This document shows positions 47,826 through 57,444 of a stretch of DNA of 64,000 bases, in pieces. Both the position numbers and the translations under genes were made by a program. This DNA is from SAR202 cluster bacterium (GTDB lineage Bacteria > Chloroflexota > Dehalococcoidia > Lucifugimonadales > Lucifugimonadaceae), in contig RQOS01000022.1 in NCBI GenBank assembly GCA_008373205.1, positions 1,995-65,994 on the forward strand. The letters are read 5' to 3'. The notes beneath the pieces were generated by a model, which made no database searches, was not told where the DNA came from, and saw only the letters and a program-made list of their open reading frames with translations. How positions within the stretch are numbered: position 1 is the stretch's first letter; the number at the start of each line of letters is the position of its first letter.

Positions 47826-48574
47826 TTCTAAAAGATAAAACTGTAATAATCACTGGAGGTACAAGAGGGCTAGGTAAAGAACTGTGCTTAGAATTTGCAA
47901 AAAATGGATGTAATGTGATCTTTACATACTCTAGAAGTCAAACAGAATCGAAAAAAGTAAAACTTGAAATTGAGAAAATTGGTGTAACTGCTAAATTTTT
48001 TAAGCTTAATCTATTAAATCCAGATAATATAAATGAATTTTGCGAAATCATAAAAAAGGAAAATATCAATTTTGATTTCTTAATTAATAATGCTGCATCT
48101 GGCGTAATGAAAAATTCAATAGAAACTACAGAAAAACACTGGGATTGGACAATGCAAGTAAATGTTAAGGGACCTTGGTTGTTATCAAAAAACTTATCAA
48201 AAAATATTAACAAAAAAGGGAAAATAATAAATATTAGCTCGCCTGGTTCAAGTAAGGTACTTAATAATTATTTTTCTATAGGAGTATCTAAAGCTGCTCT
48301 TGAATCCTTAACTAGATATATGGCTTATGACTTAGCTAAATATGATATAAGTGTAAATTCTATATCAGCATCACTTCTAGAAACTGATGCTATTAAACAT
48401 TTCCCAAATCAAGAAGAGATAAAAAGTATACTGGGCAGAAAAAATCCTAAGCAAAAAAAACTTCTCCCAAACGATGTAGCTAAGTTTGCTGTATCATTAT
48501 GTTCTGAGGCTGGAGATATGGTTATAGGACAAAATATACTTGTTGATGGTGGAGATACTTTGCTTCTTCGTTAA
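47822..48574 (+). CDS. SDR-family enoyl-ACP reductase candidate (FabL-like)
   Basis: TGGTRGLGKE, NNAASG and Y..GVSKAALE. 4-nt overlap with fabG. The function is inferred from context. Confidence 0.55.
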   Translation: MILKDKTVIITGGTRGLGKELCLEFAKNGCNVIFTYSRSQTESKKVKLEIEKIGVTAKFFKLNLLNPDNINEFCEIIKKENINFDFLINNAASGVMKNSIETTEKHWDWTMQVNVKGPWLLSKNLSKNINKKGKIINISSPGSSKVLNNYFSIGVSKAALESLTRYMAYDLAKYDISVNSISASLLETDAIKHFPNQEEIKSILGRKNPKQKKLLPNDVAKFAVSLCSEAGDMVIGQNILVDGGDTLLLR

Positions 48575-49419
48575 ATCAACAAAAAATCTGAAGAAATTTT
48601 TCCAACATCTTTTTTCTTAATCAAACATAATCCAACAAATTCTGTTTTATCCTTAGTTATACTTAAAATCTTTCCAGATATATTATCCTGTGATTTAAAT
48701 GGGGCATTTATAATCATATTCTCACTAGATTGAAATTTTATTATTTCTCTAGATATTTTTTTATAATTATGAAGACGAGCTATGACTTCCTGTCCTACGT
48801 AACATCCTTTATTGAAGGAAATATAATCTATAAGACCAGTTTCTAAAGGATTTATTTTCTTTAACTTAGTATCAAATTCAAATAAATTATTTTGAATATC
48901 AATTCGTTTTTTAGTAGTTTCACTTATCTTTTCGAACTCCTCTAAACTAAGGTTAGTTATATTAAAGTTACCCTTAAAATAAATCTCGTATCTAATCATA
49001 TCTTCTAGTTTATCGATATTGTAAAAACAAAATGAAAATAAATTCTTTTCAGCAATAATTTCTTTTCTTGAATATATTGTTATTTTTTTTATGGGATCAT
49101 CTTCAAAAATTTCAACATCCTCTACAATAATTAATTTTTTAAGGTAATCAATCGTTTGTGGATTATTAGATTCAAGGTTAAAAATAATATTATTATTATC
49201 TAAAACTTTATAATTCAGTATGTCTATAATCGATCCTTTATTATCTGTTAATATAGTTTTAGAAGATGTTTTTTGATCAAAAATTTCTATTTTATTTGTT
49301 GAAATTCGATCTAGAAAAGAAATAGAATCACTGCCAGTTAATTTATAAGAATTATTTTTCTGAGTAATGTTAAATAAAGGAAAATTTAGGTTTTTTAAGA
49401 AGTTTTCTTGTTTATACAT
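48571..49419 (-). CDS. ygfZ: folate-binding YgfZ/GcvT-like Fe-S repair protein
   Basis: Signature KGCYVGQEVIARL. Start set to ATG 49419 (MYKQENF), 1 nt after the iscA stop; the track ORF runs on into iscA. Confidence 0.7.
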   Translation of the reverse strand: MYKQENFLKNLNFPLFNITQKNNSYKLTGSDSISFLDRISTNKIEIFDQKTSSKTILTDNKGSIIDILNYKVLDNNNIIFNLESNNPQTIDYLKKLIIVEDVEIFEDDPIKKITIYSRKEIIAEKNLFSFCFYNIDKLEDMIRYEIYFKGNFNITNLSLEEFEKISETTKKRIDIQNNLFEFDTKLKKINPLETGLIDYISFNKGCYVGQEVIARLHNYKKISREIIKFQSSENMIINAPFKSQDNISGKILSITKDKTEFVGLCLIKKKDVGKISSDFLLI

Positions 49420-49420
49420 A

Positions 49421-49768
49421 TTAAACTGAGAAAGAATCACCACAACCACAAGATGATTTAGCATTAGGATTAATAAATTCAAATCCCTTTCCATTAAGGC
49501 CATCTGAATAATCTAGAAAAGTCCCTGCTAAAAATATATAGGCTTTCTTTGGTATATAAACTTCTAATCCATTTTGTGAAATGATCTTATCATTTTCATC
49601 AGGTCCGTCCACTATCTCTAAGATATATTCAAGCCCAGAGCATCCTCCTGCTCTTACTGCCACTTTTAAACCATATTTGTCTCTAGATTCATTCGCAGCA
49701 AATTCTTTAACTTTCTCACAAGCTTTTTCAGATATTTTTATTGTATTAAGAGGTATTTTACTAGTCAT
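49421..49768 (-). CDS. A-type Fe-S carrier (IscA/ErpA/HesB family)
   Basis: GGCSGLEY and C-terminal SSCGCGDSFSV cysteine ligands. Confidence 0.85.
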   Translation of the reverse strand: MTSKIPLNTIKISEKACEKVKEFAANESRDKYGLKVAVRAGGCSGLEYILEIVDGPDENDKIISQNGLEVYIPKKAYIFLAGTFLDYSDGLNGKGFEFINPNAKSSCGCGDSFSV

Positions 49769-49869
49769 ATAAATACAGCTTTTTCTTTTAATCCATATAC
49801 TTGATTGGTATTAAAATTATAAAATCAATGTAATATTTATTATATAAAAAAAAACTTAAAAAAAAAGAT

Positions 49870-50430
49870 TTGGCTAAACTTTACACTAAAAATGGAGATA
49901 ATGGAGAAACTTTTTTATTATTCGGTAAAAAAGTTTCAAAATTAGATGCTCGAGTTCAATGCTACGGTGCCATTGATGAGTGCATATCTAACTTGGGGGC
50001 TGCATATTCTTTATCAGTAGAAAAAAATGATAAAGATATTTCAGATTTAATATTAAAGATTCAGAGAACTCTTTTTATAATATCCTCAGAAATAGCATGT
50101 CCAACTGAAAAATATAATGATTTAAAAGAAAAGTATAAATATATAGATGAAGAAGTAATTACTGATTTAGAAAAAAAGATTGATAAATATCAATCAATAA
50201 CTCCAAAAATAAATTATTTTGTACTGCCAGGTGGAAGCTTAATTTCCTCATTTATAGATATTGCTAGAACTTCATGCAGAAGATCCGAAAGACTATGTGT
50301 AGAAGTTAGAGATCTAAGTCAATTAAATAACAAAAATATATTAATATATCTAAACAGACTTAGTGACTTATTATTTATCCTAGCAAGGTATATTGATAGG
50401 GATAAAGAGTATCTTAGGGCTACGGAATAA
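49870..50430 (+). CDS. PduO-type ATP:cob(I)alamin adenosyltransferase
   Basis: N-terminus LYTKNGDNGETFL. Helical bundle with RTSCRRSER. TTG start. Confidence 0.78.
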   Translation: MAKLYTKNGDNGETFLLFGKKVSKLDARVQCYGAIDECISNLGAAYSLSVEKNDKDISDLILKIQRTLFIISSEIACPTEKYNDLKEKYKYIDEEVITDLEKKIDKYQSITPKINYFVLPGGSLISSFIDIARTSCRRSERLCVEVRDLSQLNNKNILIYLNRLSDLLFILARYIDRDKEYLRATE

Positions 50431-50433
50431 ATA

Positions 50434-51063
50434 ATGATAGAAATATCTATACTGGACACCAAATCTGCAAATTTTCACAGCGTAAAAAAAGCTGTAGATC
50501 AATATAATCCTAATAACGAAATTACATCAAATATAGATATTATTGAAAAAAGTAAGGGGTTAATAATTCCTGGAGTCAGTACAACAGATACGGTTTTGAG
50601 TAACATAAAAAAATTAGGCCTAGAAGAAACTATTAATGATTTTTATAATTCAGGAAAACCAATACTTTGTATTTGTGTTGGAATGCAAATATTATTTGAA
50701 AAATCTGAAGAAGGTAAAATTCCAGGACTAGGAATTTTAAAAGGATCTGTAAAAAAAATTCCAGAGTCAAAAAATAATGAAAAGTTTAAAGTACCTCATA
50801 TGGGTTGGAATCAATTGAATCTAAATAAAAATAATAAACTTTTTGAAGGAGTTGATAATAATTCAAACTTTTACTTTGTTCACTCGTATTATTGTGATCC
50901 AGAAGAAGATAAAATCATTTCTGGAACTACAAAATATTCTATAGAAATGTGTGCATCTATAAAACAAAATAATCTTTATGCAGTTCAATTTCATCCAGAA
51001 AAAAGTGCTGCTGATGGTCTAAAAATATATAAAAACTTTATTAATATTGTAGGGAGTTATTAA
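50434..51063 (+). CDS. hisH: imidazole glycerol phosphate synthase glutaminase subunit
   Basis: Catalytic Cys in PILCICVGMQILF. VQFHPEKS His/Glu pair. Confidence 0.85.
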   Translation: MIEISILDTKSANFHSVKKAVDQYNPNNEITSNIDIIEKSKGLIIPGVSTTDTVLSNIKKLGLEETINDFYNSGKPILCICVGMQILFEKSEEGKIPGLGILKGSVKKIPESKNNEKFKVPHMGWNQLNLNKNNKLFEGVDNNSNFYFVHSYYCDPEEDKIISGTTKYSIEMCASIKQNNLYAVQFHPEKSAADGLKIYKNFINIVGSY

Positions 51064-51064
51064 G

Positions 51065-51775
51065 ATGAAAATATTTCCTGCATTAGATATAAGAAATGGT
51101 AAATGTGTAAGGTTAATTAAGGGTAATTACAATAATGAAATAATTTTTGATGAAAATCCAATTGATGTTGCAATGAAATTTGAAGAGGATGGAAGTAGCT
51201 TTATTCATATCATTGATCTTGATGGAGCGAAGGATGGAGATTCAACTATAAAGAATATAATTGCTCAGATTCTTAATAAAACTAATCTAAAAATTCAGGT
51301 AGGAGGAGGAATTAGAACTTATGAAAAAGCTTCTTCATACTTAAATTTAGGAGTTTCTAGAATTATATTTGGAACAGCTGCATACGAAAATAAAAAAGAA
51401 GTTATTAGGGCTATTCAGAACTTTGGTAAAGCCATAGTAATTAGTATAGATGCACTAGAAGGAGAAATTAAAACAAAAGGATGGTTAGAAAATTCAAGCT
51501 TGAGTATTGAAAATATAGTTCAAGATTTCGAGAAAGAGGGATGCAAATCATTTATTTATACTGATATAGCAAAAGATGGTACTCTGTCTCACCCAAACTT
51601 TGATTATATTTCTAAATTTAGAAGTTTTTGTTCAGTAGAATTAAATATTGCAGGAGGTATATCTTCATTTGAAGATTTAATTCAGCTAAAGAATAATAAA
51701 ATAGATGGCGCAATTTTAGGTATGTCCATATATAAGAAAAATATAAATCTAAAAGAAGTTTTGGAAAAATTATAA
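51065..51775 (+). CDS. hisA: ProFAR isomerase
   Basis: [21 protein letters not shown] and QVGGGIR motifs. Confidence 0.85.
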   Translation: MKIFPALDIRNGKCVRLIKGNYNNEIIFDENPIDVAMKFEEDGSSFIHIIDLDGAKDGDSTIKNIIAQILNKTNLKIQVGGGIRTYEKASSYLNLGVSRIIFGTAAYENKKEVIRAIQNFGKAIVISIDALEGEIKTKGWLENSSLSIENIVQDFEKEGCKSFIYTDIAKDGTLSHPNFDYISKFRSFCSVELNIAGGISSFEDLIQLKNNKIDGAILGMSIYKKNINLKEVLEKL

Positions 51776-51786
51776 TAAATAATGTT

Positions 51787-52542
51787 ATGTTAACTAAAAG
51801 AATTATCCCATGCTTAGATATTGATCAAGGAAGAGTAGTAAAGGGTGTTAATTTTATAAATATTAAGGATGCTGGAGATCCTTCTGAGCTAGCAAAGTTC
51901 TATGATGAAGAAGGAGCTGATGAGCTTGTTTTTTTAGATATAACTGCCACACATGAAGGAAGAAAAACTATAGTTGAAGTAGTAAAAAAAGTTTCTTCTC
52001 AGGTTTTTATACCATTAACAGTTGGCGGAGGAATCAGAAATGTACTAGATATGAAACAGATGCTAGAAGCAGGAGCTGACAAAGTTTCTATAAACTCTTC
52101 AGCAGTGGCTGATCCATCAATAATAAATGAGTGCTCTAGTGAATTCGGTTCACAATGCGTTGTAAGTGCTATAGATGTTAAAAAAATCCAAGATAAATGG
52201 ATTGTTCATACTCACGGTGGTAGGAAAGAAACAAACCTTGATGCATTAGATTGGGTACAAGATATAGAAGAAAGAGGAGCAGGAGAAATTTTGTTAACCA
52301 GCATGGATAAAGATGGATCAAATATTGGATATGATAATGAATTATTACAAAAAGTAAATGATAAAGTTAACATACCTGTTATTGCTTCAGGAGGTGCTGG
52401 AAACCTAAGGCATTTATATGAAGCATTTAATGTAGGTAAATCAGATGCTGTATTAGCCGCAAGTATTTTTCACTTTGGAAAATTTTCAATTAAAGAAGCA
52501 AAAGAATATCTTATCAATAAAAATATTCCAATTAGATTATGA
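51787..52542 (+). CDS. hisF: imidazole glycerol phosphate synthase cyclase subunit
   Basis: [26 protein letters not shown] and ASGGAG motifs. Confidence 0.9.
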   Translation: MLTKRIIPCLDIDQGRVVKGVNFINIKDAGDPSELAKFYDEEGADELVFLDITATHEGRKTIVEVVKKVSSQVFIPLTVGGGIRNVLDMKQMLEAGADKVSINSSAVADPSIINECSSEFGSQCVVSAIDVKKIQDKWIVHTHGGRKETNLDALDWVQDIEERGAGEILLTSMDKDGSNIGYDNELLQKVNDKVNIPVIASGGAGNLRHLYEAFNVGKSDAVLAASIFHFGKFSIKEAKEYLINKNIPIRL

Positions 52543-53261
52543 GTATAAAGATTACATCTCCTAAGGTTATATTATTTGACTGTTTTGAAACCATTGTCGA
52601 AAATGATTTGAATGGATGGAAGTCACTCTTTGCTGAAATAATTAAAAAAAATCATTGGGATTTAGATCCTTTAGAATTTTGGAATTTATGGAAAAAATAT
52701 GAGGTTAATTTTAGAGAAATCAGAACCAATATGGAAAAGATTGAAGAAAGCCCACCTTTTATTACTTATGAAAAAGCATGGAAAGATTGCTTTGATATAG
52801 TTTTCAGAGAACTAAATATAGATGGTAATTCTAAATTATGTGCAGAATTATGTATAAATAATATGGCAAAAAATAAGCCGTATAGTGACTCTGCTGAAAT
52901 GCTAAATAAATTAAGCCAAAATCACAAAATAGGAGTTATATCAAATGCAGATAATAATTTTTTATATCCTGTATTAGATAAACTAAATATAAATTTTGAC
53001 TTTACAATGTCTTCAGAAGAAGCTGAATGCTATAAACCTAATCCTAATATTTTCAAAAAATTTATATATAAAAATAATCTAAATCCAAAAGATTGTTGGT
53101 ATGTTGGAGATAAAGAATTTGATGATGTAACAGGTTCAAGTTCATTAGGAATGCAACCAGTTCTGATTAATAGAAGCGTATATAATGATTTAAGATACTT
53201 AGATAAATATATACAGATATCTGATCTAAGACAATTGTATGAAATAATTAAATCACTATGA
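52539..53261 (+). CDS. HAD-superfamily hydrolase (subfamily IA-like, DxF/Y variant) embedded in the his operon
   Basis: Motif [12 protein letters not shown] (nucleophile Asp present, Asp+2 replaced by Phe). Motif II ISNA. Motif [14 protein letters not shown]. 4-nt overlaps on both sides. Confidence 0.7.
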   Translation: MSIKITSPKVILFDCFETIVENDLNGWKSLFAEIIKKNHWDLDPLEFWNLWKKYEVNFREIRTNMEKIEESPPFITYEKAWKDCFDIVFRELNIDGNSKLCAELCINNMAKNKPYSDSAEMLNKLSQNHKIGVISNADNNFLYPVLDKLNINFDFTMSSEEAECYKPNPNIFKKFIYKNNLNPKDCWYVGDKEFDDVTGSSSLGMQPVLINRSVYNDLRYLDKYIQISDLRQLYEIIKSL

Positions 53262-53860
53262 ATCCAAATTTTAAAAAATCTGAATTATTGCCTGTTATAG
53301 TTCAACACTTTACTAATAAAAAAGTGTTAATGCTTGGATATATGAATAGTGAAGCTTATGAAAAAACTTTAGAAAGTAAACATGTATGGTTTTTTTCCAG
53401 ATCAAAAAATAGACTTTGGGAAAAAGGAGAATCTTCAAAAAATTTTCTTAGAGTTAAAAAAATAGTTTTAGACTGTGATAAAGATGCGATATTAATCTTG
53501 GCTAGTCCTGAAGGTCCAACATGTCACACTTTGGCAGACTCATGCTTTGAAGCTGAGGGAAGCGTTGAAGGGAATTTTATATTTACTCTTGAACATTTAG
53601 AAAAGATTATTGAAGAAAGAAAAAATCTAATGCCAAAAGGGTCTTATACTACTACACTCTTTGAAGAAGGGATAAATAAGATTACAAAAAAAGTAGGAGA
53701 AGAAGCATCTGAAGTAATTATTGCTTCTTTAGCAGAACAAAAAAAAGACTTAATTTATGAATCTGCTGATCTAATTTATCACCTACTTGTTCTTTTAGCT
53801 AATGAAGGCATAAAACTAGAAGAAATTATTCAAGAACTTAATAAAAGACATAATAAGTAG
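53258..53860 (+). CDS. hisI: bifunctional PRA-CH / PRA-PH
   Basis: N-terminal half LLPVIVQH...LDCDKDAILILASPEGPTCHT (cyclohydrolase). C-terminal half YTTTLFEEG...KVGEEASEV (pyrophosphohydrolase). Confidence 0.85.
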   Translation: MNPNFKKSELLPVIVQHFTNKKVLMLGYMNSEAYEKTLESKHVWFFSRSKNRLWEKGESSKNFLRVKKIVLDCDKDAILILASPEGPTCHTLADSCFEAEGSVEGNFIFTLEHLEKIIEERKNLMPKGSYTTTLFEEGINKITKKVGEEASEVIIASLAEQKKDLIYESADLIYHLLVLLANEGIKLEEIIQELNKRHNK

Positions 53861-53863
53861 AAC

Positions 53864-54748
53864 TTATTCAGAATCCAGCCTTATAGACTCATTTATAGCA
53901 GCTAATGCAACTTCTACCATTTCATCTTCAGGTTCTGCTGTAGTTAATTTTTGCATCCAAATATTAGGTAGAGAAAGAACTTTAGAAATAATATTTTCAG
54001 AAGTCTTACTTGAAAGTCTAATCAACTCATACGAAAGACCAGCAATTATAGGAAATAATAAAATTCTAGACAAATAAAGTAGTAAAGCTGGTTCTCTTGG
54101 AATAAATACATGAAGAACTATTGAAACAACAATGACTGTCATAATAAAACTTGTTCCGCATCTAGGATGTTCTTTATTATATTTTTGAATTTTATTTATA
54201 TTATTTGAATTAATCTCAACATTATCTTCATATGCTGCAATAGTTTTGTGTTCAGCACCATGATAAGCAAACACTCTCTTAATATCCTTATTTAGACCAA
54301 TAATATAAACATACAAGATAAAAAAAATGAGTCTAATTATTCCTTCTAAAATATTATTTATTACATAATTATCTTCTATGAACATAATTCGATCAGATAA
54401 AAAAAGTGGAACTAAAAAAAATAATGATAAAACAATTATTAAGAAAGCAGAACTAAAAATATATGAAAAAACTTTTTCGATATTAGAAAGTTCTCCTTCC
54501 TCAGATTGTTCTACAATTTCAGAGGATTTAGTTAATGATCTGTAACCTATAACCATCATTTCAATTAGAATAATGACACCTCTGAAGAAGGGTATTTTTT
54601 TATAGACAGATTTAGAAAAAGAAGGAATCTTTACTTCATTAATTATAATTTCATTTTGAGTGTTTCTGACTGCAACTACACAATTCTTAAGACCACGAAT
54701 CATTACACCTTCGATAACAGCTTGACCACCGTAAAAATGCTTTTTCAT
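53864..54748 (-). CDS. DUF1385 membrane protein
   Basis: YGGQAVIEGVMIRG, AYHGAEHK and HPRCGTSF motifs with internal TM helices. Downstream of rpmE. Confidence 0.75.
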   Translation of the reverse strand: MKKHFYGGQAVIEGVMIRGLKNCVVAVRNTQNEIIINEVKIPSFSKSVYKKIPFFRGVIILIEMMVIGYRSLTKSSEIVEQSEEGELSNIEKVFSYIFSSAFLIIVLSLFFLVPLFLSDRIMFIEDNYVINNILEGIIRLIFFILYVYIIGLNKDIKRVFAYHGAEHKTIAAYEDNVEINSNNINKIQKYNKEHPRCGTSFIMTVIVVSIVLHVFIPREPALLLYLSRILLFPIIAGLSYELIRLSSKTSENIISKVLSLPNIWMQKLTTAEPEDEMVEVALAAINESIRLDSE

Positions 54749-54756
54749 CTAAGAAA

Positions 54757-54963
54757 TTACTTTAGATTATATCTTCTATTCATTCTCTCTACTCTTCCTT
54801 CAGTATCAACAATTCGTTGTTCTCCAGTCCAAGCAGGATGACATTGGCTACATATTTCAACAGATATTCTTTCTTTCGTTGAAATTGTTTTCCAAACATT
54901 ACCACTACCACATTGGCAGTGAACTTCAGTTTCAAATAAATTTGGATGTATTTCTTTTTTCAC
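54757..54963 (-). CDS. rpmE: 50S ribosomal protein L31 (zinc-ribbon type)
   Basis: MKKEIHP..., CQCG...CSQCHPAWTG. Confidence 0.9.
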   Translation of the reverse strand: MKKEIHPNLFETEVHCQCGSGNVWKTISTKERISVEICSQCHPAWTGEQRIVDTEGRVERMNRRYNLK

Positions 54964-55229
54964 TATTTTTCTACACTTTCAGTGAGAACGTTTAATCTTC
55001 TCTTACCTTTAGAAGCCCAATCAAAGGAAACGATTCCATCTACTTTAGAAAATATTGTATGATCTCGTCCAATACCCACATTTTCACCTGGAACAAATCT
55101 TGTTCCTCTTTGTCTAACGATTATAGATCCAGCAGTCACGAATTTTCCACCAAATGCCTTAACTCCAAGTCTTTTACCGGCACTATCTCTTCCGTTCCTA
55201 CTTGTTCCTCCACCTTTTTTATGAGCCAT
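54963..55229 (-). CDS. rpmA: 50S ribosomal protein L27
   Basis: [23 protein letters not shown]. No N-terminal propeptide. Confidence 0.92.
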   Translation of the reverse strand: MAHKKGGGTSRNGRDSAGKRLGVKAFGGKFVTAGSIIVRQRGTRFVPGENVGIGRDHTIFSKVDGIVSFDWASKGKRRLNVLTESVEK

Positions 55230-55563
55230 TAGATTTACTCCTTGATTTTTTTACTGAAATACTCTGTATGGTCACATTAGTTAGCTTTTGTCTGTGTCCA
55301 GTCTTAACCCTATGTCTCGTCTTATTTTTGTATCTCAATGATATAACTTTTTTACCTTTAGTTTGATCTTCTATTTTAGCTTTTACTACAGCTCCACTAA
55401 CAATAGGTTCTCCAATACTAAGTTGGCCTTTAAGGGAAGTTAATAGGACTTGATCGAACAATACTTCATCACCTGAATCTCCTTCAAGTTTTTCTACGGT
55501 TAGAAAATCACCTTTTCTAACTCTGTATTGTTTGCCGCCTGTTTTTATTATTGCGTAGTCCAT
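55219..55563 (-). CDS. rplU: 50S ribosomal protein L21
   Basis: [15 protein letters not shown]. Start set to ATG 55563; the track ORF begins 27 nt further upstream. Confidence 0.85.
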   Translation of the reverse strand: MDYAIIKTGGKQYRVRKGDFLTVEKLEGDSGDEVLFDQVLLTSLKGQLSIGEPIVSGAVVKAKIEDQTKGKKVISLRYKNKTRHRVKTGHRQKLTNVTIQSISVKKSRSKSNGS

Positions 55564-55630
55564 GAAATTATCTAAATTTTGTTTATACAAAACTTAATTG
55601 TACACAAAAAAGAATATTTTTGCTGAAGAT

Positions 55631-56971
55631 TTATGATGAAATTAATATCTTTTCATCTAAGGCCTTTTGAGAAATATTATCAACAAAAAATATCTCTTTA
55701 TTTAGGATTTTAAATTTATTTTCAAAGTTATCTAGCCAACCCTTATAATCATGATAAATTTTATTCTTATTCATAAAACACCATGGTGATAAATCATATT
55801 TTTTCCCATCAATTTTTGAGTAAAACTGATTAGTATTATTTTTATAACCTTCTTTAAAACTAGGATTAGTAAATACTTCAATATAGCGATCTATCATAGA
55901 ACTTAAATCATAATCCATAATTACCTTTTCCCTACCAGCTAAAATTTCATTTTTAGAGCCTAATAATTCAAGTCCTTTTTTAACAAAACTTTTTGTATCT
56001 CCATATGGAACGACCCTAATTCCATCGAAACCATCAAATTCTCTAAATGCACCAACAGAACTACAAATAGCTGGAGTACCGTTTGAAAGAGATTCTAGAG
56101 GAACTAAACCAAATGATTCAATAAAATTTCCTGGGCAGAGAGTTAAATCACCAGATTTATAATAATCACTCATCTGATTAAGTGGTATCCAATCATGAAA
56201 TAAAATATTTCCTCCGCAAGAAATAAATTCGTTCATTAATTCTTGATCAATATAAGAAGAGTTTTTTTCATCTTTATCAAGTTTCTCATTAAACTTTGGA
56301 ACCTTAAGAGTTACTGACTTCCAATTTTTTGTAAGAATAAACTCTAAAGAAATCTTCATAGCATTATTGAGACCTTTTCTGATATCTGGTCGATGTGGAA
56401 ATAGTAAGATTAAATTATCATTACTAATAGAATCGTTTATTTTTATTGATTTTGAAAAATTATCAATAGAATTCTTTATAACTGAAATATTTGTTTGATT
56501 AAATTTTTCATTACTTAGTGAATACCTAATAGTATCCCTTAAGTAATTTGAAGGTACAATGATTTTGTCAGATTCAGAGAACATAACAGAAGTTACTGAT
56601 TCTTGATAAACCAAATCATGAATTCCACTTATGATAGTAGAGTCAAGAAATTCATTTCTCATAAACCATCCATCTCCATGAAAATACAATCTGTCAGCCC
56701 AAGATGAGATTTTTTCAAGTTCTTCTTGAAGACTTTGAAGTTCATATAAAGGAATTTCAAAAGGGCTTGGGAATGAACCTTTCAAACTTAATTTATTTTC
56801 AATTTCTACATCTCCAATAAATGATTTAGGGTTATCATTTTTTGGAGAAAACAATCTTACATTTATATTATTTTCTCTTAATCCTAGAATTATCTTTCTA
56901 AGTATATTTTGAGATCCACCTAAGACATAATCAGGGAAAATTTCAACTAAAGATAAACATGCTATTTTCAT
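55631..56971 (-). CDS. GT-B glycosyltransferase (family 4-like) with a ~100-aa C-terminal extension
   Basis: Donor-binding segment ESFGLVPLESLSNGTPAICSSVGAFREF (E-x7-E type). 4-nt overlap with the flavin reductase gene. Confidence 0.65.
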   Translation of the reverse strand: MKIACLSLVEIFPDYVLGGSQNILRKIILGLRENNINVRLFSPKNDNPKSFIGDVEIENKLSLKGSFPSPFEIPLYELQSLQEELEKISSWADRLYFHGDGWFMRNEFLDSTIISGIHDLVYQESVTSVMFSESDKIIVPSNYLRDTIRYSLSNEKFNQTNISVIKNSIDNFSKSIKINDSISNDNLILLFPHRPDIRKGLNNAMKISLEFILTKNWKSVTLKVPKFNEKLDKDEKNSSYIDQELMNEFISCGGNILFHDWIPLNQMSDYYKSGDLTLCPGNFIESFGLVPLESLSNGTPAICSSVGAFREFDGFDGIRVVPYGDTKSFVKKGLELLGSKNEILAGREKVIMDYDLSSMIDRYIEVFTNPSFKEGYKNNTNQFYSKIDGKKYDLSPWCFMNKNKIYHDYKGWLDNFENKFKILNKEIFFVDNISQKALDEKILISS

Positions 56972-57444
56972 AAATTATTATTACTAAATTTTCCTTTATA
57001 CCAAATTAGAGGGGAACATTTTTCATTCAAATCCATCTGATCAACTTTCAAGGAAAAAACAGTATGATCACCTACTAAATAAGAATTCATCACTTCACAA
57101 TAAAAATAGCAGAGTGAGTCTTTTATGTAGTAAATATCTTTTGAATTATAAAAAAAATTATTATTTTCTAGTAAGTTTTGAGTAGAAGATGAAAAAAATT
57201 CAGCAACATTAGATTGTTCACTAGATAAAATTGAAACACTAGCATTTTTAGTTTCCTGTAAGAATTTCAATATTGACCTATTATTTCCAACTGAAACCAT
57301 TATTATTTTAGGATTCAAAGATATACTCATAACAGAATTAGCTGTCATCCCTAAATAATTTTCATTATCGTCTTGTGTCGCTAATATAGATACACCAGTA
57401 GGGAAAAAACTCCAGGATTTTCTATATTGAGAATCATTTATCAT
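56968..57444 (-). CDS. flavin reductase-like FMN-binding split-barrel protein
   Basis: SWSFFPTGVSILAT...GMTANSVMSISLNPKIIMVSV is typical of the HpaC/flavin-reductase domain. Starts immediately after the gyrA stop with no gap. Confidence 0.7.
   Translation of the reverse strand: MINDSQYRKSWSFFPTGVSILATQDDNENYLGMTANSVMSISLNPKIIMVSVGNNRSILKFLQETKNASVSILSSEQSNVAEFFSSSTQNLLENNNFFYNSKDIYYIKDSLCYFYCEVMNSYLVGDHTVFSLKVDQMDLNEKCSPLIWYKGKFSNNNL

Noticed and set aside
48571-49503. The long N-terminal extension of the YgfZ-like ORF overlapping iscA by 83 nt.
   Set aside because: The extension is hydrophobic and low-complexity, being the antisense frame of the iscA 3' end. An internal ATG at 49419 lies exactly 1 nt after the iscA stop.
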